Assembly (NCBI GenBank): GCA_964567825.1
Contig: CAZMNX010000002.1
Coordinates: 62,767 to 126,766, forward strand
Reading direction: 5' to 3'
From: an uncultured Candidatus Saccharibacteria bacterium
GTDB lineage: Bacteria > Patescibacteriota > Minisyncoccia > Phycocordibacterales > GWA1-40-21
Length of the DNA: 64,000 nucleotides
Both the position numbers and the translations under genes were made by a program. The notes beneath the pieces were generated by a model that was given only the letters and a program-made list of their open reading frames with translations, did not search any database and was not told the DNA's origin. Shown piece by piece: positions 1 through 10,166 of the stretch (the stretch's first letter is position 1; each line of letters begins with the position of its first letter).

Positions 1-170
1 TCTCCACTTTCTTCACAGGGATAGTAAAAACATGATTCTATTTGCGGATCGCAGGGAGCAAAACCATAAATTTGATAGTCTTTAGTCCAATATTTATACA
101 AAGTTAAACCAACGGACCCGATTAGGAGAAGGACAAATATAAATATGAGTATTTTTGATTTTCTGTCCAT
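1..170 (-). CDS. partial N-terminus of membrane-anchored hypothetical protein (gene continues past window edge)
   Basis: ATG at 170 on minus strand; translation MDRKSKILIFIFVLLLIGSVGLTLYKYW... with N-terminal TM segment; open to coordinate 1. Confidence 0.35.
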   Translation of the reverse strand, partial: MDRKSKILIFIFVLLLIGSVGLTLYKYWTKDYQIYGFAPCDPQIESCFYYPCEESG

Positions 171-187
171 ATGTAAAATCAATTATA

Positions 188-853
188 TCATAAAAATCCA
201 TAAATTACCTTAATTACCCAAATGACAGCCTGCATCAAAACACTCCAGACCAAACAGCCAAAAATAGTGCTGGCGACGAAAATAATGTAATCTCTCTTGT
301 CTAATTTATCAAATTTACCGTGTCTTAGAAAAATAGTGGTAATAAAAGAATCCTGCCATGTTGATAAAGTGACGAAAGCAAATATGTCATTCTTATTCAA
401 TAACCAAATCATTAATTGGAGAAATTTAGCGGGGATATACAAGCTAAATCTTTTTAAAAGATTCTGATGGTTACTGACTTCATGGACCCAAAGATGACCT
501 TTAGCTTTAATACTTTCAATTTCATTTACCCCAAACCAATCTACTTTTTTCTTTTGATACCAAAGAAGAATTATGAAATTATTAATCAAAGCCATGACTA
601 TCAATATCAATATTCCCGCAAAACCATAGAATGCCTGTAGTAAGGGCCAAAGTATAAAATCCACCGCAAAGTTGTAGGCCTCGTATATTCCCCATCCGGA
701 CATCACCTGAACCGCCCGTCTCCAATTTTTAGATACTAAAAAAACAATAATTCCTAGAATTATTATTCCCCCAATTATCCATAACATGTCGTTTGTCATC
801 AAAATAATAATAACACATATAACTGAATAATGCCGACTTTTTCTAATACCCAT
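188..853 (-). CDS. polytopic integral membrane protein, function unknown
   Basis: 221-aa ORF with several long hydrophobic segments; no recognisable catalytic motif. Confidence 0.5.
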   Translation of the reverse strand: MGIRKSRHYSVICVIIILMTNDMLWIIGGIIILGIIVFLVSKNWRRAVQVMSGWGIYEAYNFAVDFILWPLLQAFYGFAGILILIVMALINNFIILLWYQKKKVDWFGVNEIESIKAKGHLWVHEVSNHQNLLKRFSLYIPAKFLQLMIWLLNKNDIFAFVTLSTWQDSFITTIFLRHGKFDKLDKRDYIIFVASTIFGCLVWSVLMQAVIWVIKVIYGFL

Positions 854-957
854 CCTGATTGAACTTAGGGGTAATTTATCTTGACAGATTCATATTTAAA
901 TGTAGTATGAAATAAGGTTTTTGCACATTAACATGCTAGATAGAAAGGAGCGTATTT

Positions 958-1386
958 ATGAAATTGGAAACTAGTTTCTACATTATCAAGCCCCATGGTT
1001 TGATATTTCTTGCGGAAGTCAGAGCAATGATCCAGGATGGTGGCCTAATCATCTCAGAAAGCAAGAGACTGATTATGCCGTATTGGGCTCTAGAGACCAT
1101 TTACTCTGACCTTCCAGAGAGATACAGGAGCGCAGTTTTCAAGCCTTTTGCCGACACGTCTGTTGAAGTTGGACTTGTGGTTGGAGAAAATGCCGTTGAT
1201 ACACTTCTTCAAATCGCAGGCACAGAACTTGATCCTGTTGATTGTGCCCCCGAAAGTATACGCTTTAAATTCGGAGGGCGAGGATCATTTATGATCGATG
1301 GAGTTAGATATTACAAAAATATCATCCATCGATCCAGGGACAGGATGGAGGCGAAAAAAGACGTTGATGTCTTCCGTATGTTATAA
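958..1386 (+). CDS. nucleoside diphosphate kinase-like protein (divergent)
   Basis: FYIIKP N-terminal motif, VVGENAV block and conserved NIIHRS (catalytic His position) align with the NDK family pattern FSIIKP / LEGENAV / NGTHGSDS. Confidence 0.55.
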   Translation: MKLETSFYIIKPHGLIFLAEVRAMIQDGGLIISESKRLIMPYWALETIYSDLPERYRSAVFKPFADTSVEVGLVVGENAVDTLLQIAGTELDPVDCAPESIRFKFGGRGSFMIDGVRYYKNIIHRSRDRMEAKKDVDVFRML

Positions 1387-1459
1387 CACCCAAGCAACAA
1401 AATGTTTGGGTGTTATTCTATTTCCAGGAAATCTTAAACTTAAACATTATAGGAGTTAA

Positions 1460-2350
1460 TTAACTAACTTCTAGATAAGCTCTAATATTATCTATAACCT
1501 TTTTACTCAGCTTTTCTCTGGCTTCTACCGTTATTCCAGCTATAATTTCTGTATATATAAATCTTTCCAAATCACCAAGTTTTTCTTTTATCTCAGGTTG
1601 GTAATCTCTTATTAAAAAATTATTTTTATTTCCAAGCCATAGTCGGATAGCATCAATATCTTGATAAATATTTCCTAGGCAGGTATCAACGATAATCTTA
1701 CCATTACCTATTTTTTCTAGTTCGTCTTTTCCAATGATCTTAGTATTTTTAGGAACATGCATAGATATAATGTCACTCTCTTTAAGTAAATCATCAATGG
1801 ATGAATATTGAACTCCTTTTTTTTCCCACTCTGTCTTTCTGGATTTACTGTAATACAAGACTCTCATTTTAAAACCTAAAGCTATTCTAGCAACCTGTTG
1901 TCCAACTGCTCCTAAACCAACAATTCCTAATGTTTTTGAACTAAGCTCACAAGGCTCATTTCTCCATATATGTTTACCAAATCCCCTAAAAAGATTGAGC
2001 AGTTGAGCAAAAATATATTCAGCCGTACCGTCATCGCCATAGTCTATAACATTTTTAACAACTATATTGTGTCTCCTTACTGCTTCTAAATCAATATTCG
2101 ACAAATTTGTTCCACAAATTCCAATATACTTAAGATTCGGAGTATGTTTTAAAACTAAAGAGGTTATCGTTGAGTGCCAATTTCCCAAGATAGCATCAGC
2201 ATCCTTAATCCTTTGATAAATTTCTGTTTCATCTTCTGTATCAGAGTTAGGATAAATAACACGTTCATTTGAATAATGCTGGATTAATTCTTTAGCTTCC
2301 TCGGTGATCTTAATTGTGTTGATCACAGCTATTTTTTTAAATTTTTTCAT
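1460..2350 (-). CDS. D-isomer-specific 2-hydroxyacid dehydrogenase (NAD-binding)
   Basis: GIVGLGAVGQQVARIA Rossmann motif and catalytic-domain layout typical of the glycerate/phosphoglycerate dehydrogenase family. Confidence 0.8.
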   Translation of the reverse strand: MKKFKKIAVINTIKITEEAKELIQHYSNERVIYPNSDTEDETEIYQRIKDADAILGNWHSTITSLVLKHTPNLKYIGICGTNLSNIDLEAVRRHNIVVKNVIDYGDDGTAEYIFAQLLNLFRGFGKHIWRNEPCELSSKTLGIVGLGAVGQQVARIALGFKMRVLYYSKSRKTEWEKKGVQYSSIDDLLKESDIISMHVPKNTKIIGKDELEKIGNGKIIVDTCLGNIYQDIDAIRLWLGNKNNFLIRDYQPEIKEKLGDLERFIYTEIIAGITVEAREKLSKKVIDNIRAYLEVS

Positions 2351-2384
2351 ATTATATTTTTATGGTGTTTATTAACACAATACG

Positions 2385-3614
2385 TTATGCTGTTATAATT
2401 TCAAACCTCTCGTATACTTTTAACATTCTACTTAAGACTTCGTCCGCAGTTTGCCCAGTGATTTGAACCCACCCAGAACAACTTGTGTATTGTCTTTTTG
2501 ATTCAACAACATCTCCAATCTTATATGTGACATTACCATCGATTACTCCGGTAAGACTACTTAGATCTTGATAGGAAGAAATTTTAGTGATAACTCCATT
2601 GGTCAACGGTAAAAACATGTCGCCAACACATTGCCGACCATTAAGCGGAAGTGGTTGGATTTTTCTTCCAACCATAATGTCGACCAATAAAGAACAAACA
2701 TCTACTCCAAAAGCAAGACTTTGATTTGATAACATATGGTCCCCAGGAGTCCGCCATGCAAATTCACAAATTATAGGCTGTCCTTGAGAATCAACAAAAA
2801 ACTCAATTTCGATATATCCATTTTTTAGACCAAGAGTACTAATTATATTTTGAGTTATTTTTCTTCCATCAAACCTAATGTTCTTGGGATCTTCTGCAAC
2901 GGTGATCTGAGCAAACTTCTCTTTCTTTTCTGCAAAACTGAGATTGGTGTATGGGAGCCATGTAAGAAAAGTCCCCACAACTTTACTATCTTGTATTAAA
3001 GAATCAAAACTCCAAATCAAATATGGACAGTATGTTTCTGCAATAAATCGCCCTGTAGAATAATCAAGACTAAGAGCTTCTAACTGGCCCTTGCTTTCAA
3101 TCCTATAGACCTCCTTTGATGATAGTCCCTTACGCCACTTAACTATAAAAGGGAAACCGTCATGTTTTTCGGCAAATTTTAGCGCATCATCTATGGAATT
3201 TAGTTCTTGATAAGACACTGTTTGGTATCCAAGCTCCTGCAATTTATCTTTCATTACTGCTTTGTCCCTTACACATCGAGCTTGGTATTCGTTCAATGCA
3301 CCTGAGAGACCAAGCAACGAAGCAAATCTCTGAACCACCTCCTGATTATATTCGGAGTCATTATAGAAATAATCAACCGTAATTTTACTTTTGGTACAGA
3401 ATATTCTAAACCTTTCAACTTCATGTTCTATGGTCTCTGTTTTGTCAAAGATAAAACAGGGGATGTCAGATGTCGCATTGAGATGAGTTTGACTAAAGAA
3501 CATATTTTGCTTAAATCTTAATAAAACCAAGCTAATGGTTCTATTTGACGCTACACTCTTTGAAAGCGTGTTTTCATACTCCTCTACAAAAAGAAGTGTC
3601 GGTTTATTAATCAT
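2385..3614 (-). CDS. ATP-grasp domain enzyme (carboxylate-amine ligase-like)
   Basis: FPFIVKWRKGLSSKEVYRIES and IEIEFFVDSQGQPIICEFAWRTPG blocks match the ATP-grasp fold; 409 aa. Confidence 0.6.
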   Translation of the reverse strand: MINKPTLLFVEEYENTLSKSVASNRTISLVLLRFKQNMFFSQTHLNATSDIPCFIFDKTETIEHEVERFRIFCTKSKITVDYFYNDSEYNQEVVQRFASLLGLSGALNEYQARCVRDKAVMKDKLQELGYQTVSYQELNSIDDALKFAEKHDGFPFIVKWRKGLSSKEVYRIESKGQLEALSLDYSTGRFIAETYCPYLIWSFDSLIQDSKVVGTFLTWLPYTNLSFAEKKEKFAQITVAEDPKNIRFDGRKITQNIISTLGLKNGYIEIEFFVDSQGQPIICEFAWRTPGDHMLSNQSLAFGVDVCSLLVDIMVGRKIQPLPLNGRQCVGDMFLPLTNGVITKISSYQDLSSLTGVIDGNVTYKIGDVVESKRQYTSCSGWVQITGQTADEVLSRMLKVYERFEIITA

Positions 3615-4063
3615 GGCATATTAGAAAATATTTCTTTTATTTTTTCTGACGTTTCTGGCAACTGGTTATCAAAGAGTAAATAATTTTTTAAATCACCATA
3701 AGAAACCCACTTATAAGTTCGTACCTCACCAGGGTTTGGGATTATGGTCTTTTCATCACCAACAAACCTGAACCCAAAGAAATATCGTTCTGAGCCTTCA
3801 TATTCAATCCCGTCACGATTCATCTTTATTTCCTTGAATTTAAACCTGACAGGAATATCACTCTGGCCCATGATCTGAAGATTTTTTTCCTTAATTCCTA
3901 ATTCTTCATTTAACTCTCGGTACACAGCATCTTTTAATGATTCTTTCTGTTCAACTCCGCCCCCGGGTATTGCAAAATATTTGTCTTCAAAAGACTCTAG
4001 ATTAACCAAAAGAAACTCGTTCTTTTTATTTATGACAATGGCTGAAACTCCTTTTCTATACAT
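3611..4063 (-). CDS. NUDIX hydrolase
   Basis: Canonical Nudix box GGGVEQKESLKDAVYRELNEELGI (GX5EX7REUXEEXGU); 4-nt overlap with upstream gene (operon coupling). Confidence 0.8.
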   Translation of the reverse strand: MYRKGVSAIVINKKNEFLLVNLESFEDKYFAIPGGGVEQKESLKDAVYRELNEELGIKEKNLQIMGQSDIPVRFKFKEIKMNRDGIEYEGSERYFFGFRFVGDEKTIIPNPGEVRTYKWVSYGDLKNYLLFDNQLPETSEKIKEIFSNMP

Positions 4064-4080
4064 AATTTTTATAAATTTAT

Positions 4081-4965
4081 TTATACTATTAATGACTTAA
4101 GAAGAATAGAGGTCGCTTTCTTTTTCATATTTTCTGGTATGAACCTGAAAAATAAATCAGGGTCAATTAATTCTACCTCTAAAATTTCATAACTGGTGTT
4201 AAACCTTAAAAAATCAACTCTACATATATTAGGGAAGCCACCAAACTTCTTTAGGAGAAATACTTTTAATGTATCTACTTCTTTTTTTATAAACTTTGGT
4301 AAGTTGATAGACTTTATATAAACCGGATCTAATTTTTCACTAAAAATTCCCGGAAACCTCTTTACGCCATATAAGACTATACCGTCAATTATAACAACAG
4401 AAATTTCTCCAGTCAATATGTCTGGTCTATAGGGCTGTGCAATAAAATCGAGTTGTCTATTTTGTTGCAGTGAGGTGATAAGAGTTTTATTGTTTCCTGT
4501 CTCATCATATTTAAAAGTCAGATAACCGCTTTCTGAAATACGAGGCTTAATAACCAGCGTGTCTGTTTTCAATGTTTTTTTTGTTTGTAATACCATACCT
4601 CTAATCTCAGATACTTTTTTTGTACTTTTGAAATTAAAGAGCACTGTGGGGACTACGCTCATGTTTTTTAATTCATGTAAGTATTTATGCTTATCAATAT
4701 TCCAAAGGATAAAATCATAGTCGTTTATTAGTCTAATGTTCTTTTTCTTAAGCATCGATATTTTCTTCAAAAAATCTCGATAATGTAAATTATACCCCCA
4801 AATACTTTTTAAAAGTACCACATCAAAAGGTTTGGCTATTCTTACAGCATCTTTTAGAGTAACAATTTCGCATAAAAATCCCTTATTTCTATAGGCGTCA
4901 CGTATATAAGCATCTTCTAAGATTTTCCCTACATACTTTTCTGATGAGGCAATATATATTTTCAT
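4081..4965 (-). CDS. ATP-grasp family protein (RimK / glutathione-synthetase-like)
   Basis: LVIKPRISESGYL ATP-grasp loop, RVDFL and EVELID metal/ATP motifs; 294 aa. Confidence 0.55.
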   Translation of the reverse strand: MKIYIASSEKYVGKILEDAYIRDAYRNKGFLCEIVTLKDAVRIAKPFDVVLLKSIWGYNLHYRDFLKKISMLKKKNIRLINDYDFILWNIDKHKYLHELKNMSVVPTVLFNFKSTKKVSEIRGMVLQTKKTLKTDTLVIKPRISESGYLTFKYDETGNNKTLITSLQQNRQLDFIAQPYRPDILTGEISVVIIDGIVLYGVKRFPGIFSEKLDPVYIKSINLPKFIKKEVDTLKVFLLKKFGGFPNICRVDFLRFNTSYEILEVELIDPDLFFRFIPENMKKKATSILLKSLIV

Positions 4966-6587
4966 ACTAATAATTCTATGGATGATTTGAGGCGTAGAAA
5001 AGATTTCAGTAAATCTTCATACGCACCAAAAGCGATAGTCACTCTTGCGATTAGTTGATTCTGATTGGGCCAGCAAAACGCTCTACCAGTTAATAGTTTA
5101 ATATTGCCAGATGTATACAAAAATCTTAGCAAGGTTGTATCATCAGTTATCCTAAATTCTTTATATGATTTCCCGAGTAATTTACTTAAATCTAAAAGTA
5201 TAAAAAATCCTGACTCTGGATCAAGTACTATACTGACATCTTTAATACCACTCATAGTTTTTTTAATATCAAAAATAAGTTTGTTATTCTTAATGATCTT
5301 ATTAAGCAGTCTTCTTTCTTCTTTATTAAGATTATCAGCTCCTATAATAATAGCTTTTGCAAAGATGTACCTTTCATAATATTTCCTAGTAATAACGGTA
5401 AAGTACTTCTCTCTTTCCATAAGAGAAGTATGATCAGTTAAGAAAACTGCACTCATGGCAGCCGACTGTAATAATGACAATGAATCCAGGCTCTGAAATA
5501 TTTTATCTCTTATTAAGGAGATAATCGCCTCGTTAGCAATAACCATGCCCGACCTTAAGCTAGCTAACCCGTAAGATTTAGAAAGAGAATGTAGTGTTAT
5601 TGTATTATTAAAATGACCCTTTAAGCTACAGATTGGCAGTGCAGTTGAATTTCTATTAAATTCTAAACCAGAATAAGCCAAATCATCAATAATAAATACA
5701 CCAGCCTCATTGCAAATATTAGAAATTTCTAACAACAACGACCTGTCTTTTTTACTATACACAACACCTGTCGGGTTGTGCGGATTTAAATTAAGAAAAG
5801 CAGAAACTCTTGGTGGTATATCAGAACGTCTAAAAACATATTTCGCCCTATTTATATCGTAATCTCGCTTAAGTTCATCATTTGTTTTAATAATAAGTTG
5901 CTTAAGCTCTTTAGGATTAATTTTCCAATCATCAAGACTTCTAAGCGGTAAGAGTCTAACTTCTCCTCCAATCCTCTCTGGTATAAAGGCAAAAAGTCCA
6001 TAATTAGGAGCCGTCATAATGACCACATCACCATAATCCAGTATTGCTTCCATAACAAAGGTAAAAGCTTGTGTGCTTGAATGAGTAAAAATAATATTAT
6101 TCTCACAAATTTCTAAATCATGAGAGATTTTAAAGTATTTTATAATAGGCACTTTGTCCTCGCTATATCCAGCGGCTAATTGATAATCAGAAAGTATTCT
6201 ATTTTTCAAGGCCTGTTTTATACTCTTAGTACAACTACCAAAAGGATTAAAGCGTGCAGGACTTCCAACTCCCAATCTAACTTTATCCACAACAGGATCT
6301 TTAAAGCCTTTTATAAGGAGGTTTGTGGAAAGACTGTAATCATCATACACTCTAGCCGCTTCTTGTATCTCAGTAGATTTCCAAGAGTTCAAAAGTGTAT
6401 TACCTAAATGAGGTAGTCCACCGTAAAATAACCTGTTGACCTGGTTTGATGGGTACATTCGTACTACAGATCGTATGGACTTAGGAAGATTCTTGTTTCT
6501 TATGATTTTTTGTTTATTATTATTAACCATGATATGCACACCAGCATACCATAAACCATCAATATAGTCTATACCAGTTGAAATCAC
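4962..6587 (-). CDS. PLP-dependent aminotransferase, class I/II, with ~150-aa N-terminal extension
   Basis: LSKSYGLASLRSGMV PLP-lysine motif, NPHNPTG motif; 541 aa; overlaps neighbours by 1-4 nt. Confidence 0.75.
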   Translation of the reverse strand: MISTGIDYIDGLWYAGVHIMVNNNKQKIIRNKNLPKSIRSVVRMYPSNQVNRLFYGGLPHLGNTLLNSWKSTEIQEAARVYDDYSLSTNLLIKGFKDPVVDKVRLGVGSPARFNPFGSCTKSIKQALKNRILSDYQLAAGYSEDKVPIIKYFKISHDLEICENNIIFTHSSTQAFTFVMEAILDYGDVVIMTAPNYGLFAFIPERIGGEVRLLPLRSLDDWKINPKELKQLIIKTNDELKRDYDINRAKYVFRRSDIPPRVSAFLNLNPHNPTGVVYSKKDRSLLLEISNICNEAGVFIIDDLAYSGLEFNRNSTALPICSLKGHFNNTITLHSLSKSYGLASLRSGMVIANEAIISLIRDKIFQSLDSLSLLQSAAMSAVFLTDHTSLMEREKYFTVITRKYYERYIFAKAIIIGADNLNKEERRLLNKIIKNNKLIFDIKKTMSGIKDVSIVLDPESGFFILLDLSKLLGKSYKEFRITDDTTLLRFLYTSGNIKLLTGRAFCWPNQNQLIARVTIAFGAYEDLLKSFLRLKSSIELLV

Positions 6588-7627
6588 TACTCTACAATTA
6601 AATTTGGGGGAACATGTAGTTCTTCAAAAGTTAATTTATATTTGATAGTTTGTTTACCCATTAGAGATAATATAGTATTTGCAATATCTACTTTTGTCGG
6701 GTAGTAAGACTCAGTGAGTATTGTTGAGGTAGGTACTGGAACATCAGGACAAAAAAGTGAAACTGGAGCGTTCTTCAAATACATCAGGTGTTTTTCCGCA
6801 ACTTTTGCGATAACATCTGAGCCAACACTAAAAGCATGATTAGTGGTATCAATTGTGATAAGTCGACCAGTTTTTTTTACTGATTTAAAAATAGTTTCGT
6901 AATCTATCGGATTTATGGAAACAAGATCTATAAGTTCCACGTCAACATGACCACTAATCAACTCTAAAGCTTCATACGCCGCAATCAAACCATCCCCATA
7001 AGAAACAATTGTGAGATCCGCACCTTTTTTTACCACAACAGCTTTATCGAGTGGTTCATCATATAGTTCGGTTGGCACATCTTGTCTCAAGGAGAAAAGC
7101 CAGCGTGGTTCCAAAATGACCACAGGATTTTTATCACGGACTGCAGAGATAAGTAAACCCTTTGCCATACGTGGAGTAGAAGGAATCACAACTTTAAGAC
7201 CAAGTGCGTTTCCAAAAAGTGAATAGAGTGCTTGTGTATGTTGTGGGCCTTGGCCCCATTGTCGACCAATATTAATCCTAAATACAATAGGCACCGAATG
7301 TCCGCCGCCGAACATATAATTCCATTTTGCCGCTTGTGTAAATATCTGATCGGCTGCAAAGAGTGCGAACTCAACCCTACCATGATGCACAATGGGGTGA
7401 AGACCAGTTATCGCTGCACCGACAGCCATTCCCGTTACAGCATTTTCTGATTGTGGTGTTTCAATTATACGGGAAGGATATTTTTCCTTAAGTCCAGCTG
7501 TTGTTCCGTCTGCACCATTTTTATATGAAACTTCTAGACCCATAACAATAACATCCTGATCTACCTCCATCATTTGGTCTGTAGCTTCTTTAATTGCTTC
7601 AGTATATGTAATAATTCTATTAGACAT
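6587..7627 (-). CDS. 2-oxoacid (acetoin/pyruvate-type) dehydrogenase E1 component beta subunit
   Basis: Transketolase-like pyrimidine-binding and C-terminal domains (GLEVSYKNGADGTT, IPSTPRMAKGLL). The ORF-track start at 7714 overlaps E1 alpha by 95 nt. The start is likely the ATG at 7627, giving the coupling overlap ATGTCTAA with the E1 alpha stop. Confidence 0.85.
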   Translation of the reverse strand: MSNRIITYTEAIKEATDQMMEVDQDVIVMGLEVSYKNGADGTTAGLKEKYPSRIIETPQSENAVTGMAVGAAITGLHPIVHHGRVEFALFAADQIFTQAAKWNYMFGGGHSVPIVFRINIGRQWGQGPQHTQALYSLFGNALGLKVVIPSTPRMAKGLLISAVRDKNPVVILEPRWLFSLRQDVPTELYDEPLDKAVVVKKGADLTIVSYGDGLIAAYEALELISGHVDVELIDLVSINPIDYETIFKSVKKTGRLITIDTTNHAFSVGSDVIAKVAEKHLMYLKNAPVSLFCPDVPVPTSTILTESYYPTKVDIANTILSLMGKQTIKYKLTFEELHVPPNLIVE

Positions 7628-8612
7628 AAAGGTTGGTATATAAGCTTTTTTTATTTGGAAATGGTGACTTTTCAGCAAAAATAATAGCATCAATAACAGT
7701 TTTTTTAATATCATCTTCCATAGCAGTAATTTCCTCTTCGGAAACTCCTGAAGCCAGAGTTTCTCGTCTCATTCTGACTACTGAATCTTTCTCTTTTCGC
7801 TGTTCTACTGTATCTTCCTCACGAGTTTCCTCCTCAAAGGCTGGCCCACTGTGTGCCATGTGACGGTAGGTCATACATTCGATGAGGGCAGGTTTGCCCG
7901 CACGTACTTCGGTGATAAGATCTCTGGTTTTTATGACCACGTCGGAATAATCATTCCCATCAGCCTTTATATATCGTACTCCAAACCCAGCAACGATCCT
8001 TTCGGTATTGTGAGATACTGATCGCCGTTCCCAAAGACGGGTATTAATGGACCGAAGATTATTTTCAAGTACGATAAGTAACGGCAGCTTAAAAAGTGTT
8101 GCCAAATTTAAAGACTCGTAGATACCCCCCTCCTCAAATGCACCGTCGCCTAAGAAAACAACTGTTACCGAATCACTCTTGTGATAATTTTGTTCAAAGG
8201 CACTACCACAGGAAAGCGGTAAAGCACTTGAGAGAATTGGTGTTGAGCCAATAAAATTAACTGATTTATCAATCAAGTGCATTGATCCGCCCTTACCGTG
8301 TGACGAACCATATTCCTTTCCAAGCAACTCGCAGACCATTTTCTTGAGATCTCCTCCTTTAGCAAGATAGTGTCCGTGTGATCGATGATTTCCCATCACA
8401 CGGTCATCTTTGTGTAGCGCATCGCAGACACCTACAGCTACCGCTTCTTGACCAACATAAAAATGGACAAGACTCAATATCTTATTCTTAAGGTAATAAA
8501 AAGCTATTTGTTCCTCCGCTGTCCGAATAAGGAACATCTTTTTATAAGCGTCTAATAACATAGACTCAATTCTATTGAAAATGACACTTTTGTCAATCAA
8601 AATTGAACCCAA
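7620..8612 (-). CDS. 2-oxoacid dehydrogenase E1 component alpha subunit (TPP-dependent)
   Basis: TPP-binding GDGAFEEGG...LENN motif and YRHMAHSGPA E1-alpha signature. Confidence 0.85.
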   Translation of the reverse strand: MGSILIDKSVIFNRIESMLLDAYKKMFLIRTAEEQIAFYYLKNKILSLVHFYVGQEAVAVGVCDALHKDDRVMGNHRSHGHYLAKGGDLKKMVCELLGKEYGSSHGKGGSMHLIDKSVNFIGSTPILSSALPLSCGSAFEQNYHKSDSVTVVFLGDGAFEEGGIYESLNLATLFKLPLLIVLENNLRSINTRLWERRSVSHNTERIVAGFGVRYIKADGNDYSDVVIKTRDLITEVRAGKPALIECMTYRHMAHSGPAFEEETREEDTVEQRKEKDSVVRMRRETLASGVSEEEITAMEDDIKKTVIDAIIFAEKSPFPNKKSLYTNLYV

Positions 8613-8640
8613 CAGGCTGTATTTTTACTGGATTGTTTGA

Positions 8641-9156
8641 CTAACTTTTATCTTTAGCTAAATCCAAAACTTTACTTACAAACTCGCTTTTACCACTAAT
8701 ATAAACATCCTTTCCTGAAGGATCATTCTCTAGCAAATTTTCTTTTAATTTTTGATACTCGTCTCTAAAATCTGGGTGATTTCTCAAATAATCTCTAAAT
8801 ATAATCTGTCGTTCCCAAAAATTTCCTCTATCCTTATAAGCAATAGAAAGGTGAAATTTTGTAGGGTTACCTTTCCTGAATAAGTGCCTTTCTCCACTGG
8901 AATTTAATTTGTCATAAGAATATCCAAATTTCTCAAGTGGTTTAATAAAGGAATCTCCATCCTCTCTTTTTTCTATCAGAACAACAATGTCAATAATTGG
9001 TTTTGAAGATAATCCAGGAATAGAGGTGCTACCAATATGCTCAATGGCAATAGCCTTATTACCAAATATTTCTTGTAATTTACCTTTTTCTGTCTGAAAC
9101 TTATCTTGCCAGGATAGTTGATAAGAGACTAGGGTTGTATGTGATAAATCTGTCAT
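8641..9156 (-). CDS. GrpB-family (nucleotidyltransferase-fold) protein
   Basis: HIGSTSIPGLSSKPIIDIVVLIE matches the GrpB/UPF0157 signature. Confidence 0.7.
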   Translation of the reverse strand: MTDLSHTTLVSYQLSWQDKFQTEKGKLQEIFGNKAIAIEHIGSTSIPGLSSKPIIDIVVLIEKREDGDSFIKPLEKFGYSYDKLNSSGERHLFRKGNPTKFHLSIAYKDRGNFWERQIIFRDYLRNHPDFRDEYQKLKENLLENDPSGKDVYISGKSEFVSKVLDLAKDKS

Positions 9157-10136
9157 TAGTGTTTAATTATTGTAATATTTTTTCTCCCAGTATCTATACT
9201 AGCTTCTCCACCAATAGGAAAAGTAATTATTGGACTAGTGTGGCCAAAATCAACATTGGCAATTACAGGAATATTTTTTAATTCAGCTTTATTTTTAATA
9301 ATCTTAATTAATTTTTCACTAGCCATCTCAGTTGCTTTCTGAAATCTACCAATCACTACGCCTTTTACTCCTTTGAAATCCGGCAGATGAATAAGAGATT
9401 GCAAGTTTCGATCAAAGTCCACATATTTTGAAGTATCATCGTCCTCTAAGAATAAAATTGAACCCTTTAGATTTGGCATATATTCCGTTCCTTGAAGCAG
9501 ATTAAATGTACAAAGATTTGCTCCGAGAATAGTTCCGGTAGCTTTACCTTTATTTATTATAAGCCAACCATCATTTTTAATCGGGTTTCTTCTATCCTGA
9601 TCCATATACCAAGCATCATCTGTCCATTCTTTAGAGGGTGTAATTTCAAAGCAATCATTCTCCACTAAGCATTTCGTAAAATAATCCATTGTATACTCAA
9701 AATGCAATTTTTGACCGAAAGTTGACCAAGCTGGACCAGAATAGGTCACCAACCCAGTTTTAGCAAAAATAGCATTTTGCAAAGCGGTAGTATCAGAGTA
9801 ACCGATAAATATTTTCGGATTATCCTTTATAATGTTCCAATCAATATATTTTAAGAGCTGATTACAGTTAAAACCACCAATAACGGTAAAAACGGCTTTA
9901 ATATTTTTATCGAGAAAAGCCTTATGCAAATCTGCCACCCTAGACTTTATCGATGATGAACCGAAGTTATCAGTCTCTTCTACATTCTTACTAAAGGATA
10001 TTCTTAAACCTAAATCCATAAGCCGATCATTGGAGATCTTCCTGTTGGCTTGGGAAATAATAGAAATGGAGTGAGATGGCGCTATAATCCTTATTTCATC
10101 ACCTTTTTGTAATTTTTTGGGATATATCTTTTTCAT
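9156..10136 (-). CDS. LD-carboxypeptidase (peptidase family S66, LdcA/MccF-like)
   Basis: GDEIRIIAPS N-terminal motif and catalytic-Ser context GYSDTTALQNAI typical of S66. Confidence 0.75.
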   Translation of the reverse strand: MKKIYPKKLQKGDEIRIIAPSHSISIISQANRKISNDRLMDLGLRISFSKNVEETDNFGSSSIKSRVADLHKAFLDKNIKAVFTVIGGFNCNQLLKYIDWNIIKDNPKIFIGYSDTTALQNAIFAKTGLVTYSGPAWSTFGQKLHFEYTMDYFTKCLVENDCFEITPSKEWTDDAWYMDQDRRNPIKNDGWLIINKGKATGTILGANLCTFNLLQGTEYMPNLKGSILFLEDDDTSKYVDFDRNLQSLIHLPDFKGVKGVVIGRFQKATEMASEKLIKIIKNKAELKNIPVIANVDFGHTSPIITFPIGGEASIDTGRKNITIIKH

Positions 10137-10166
10137 AGGCCCATATTAGCACAAAACCAGCTTATG

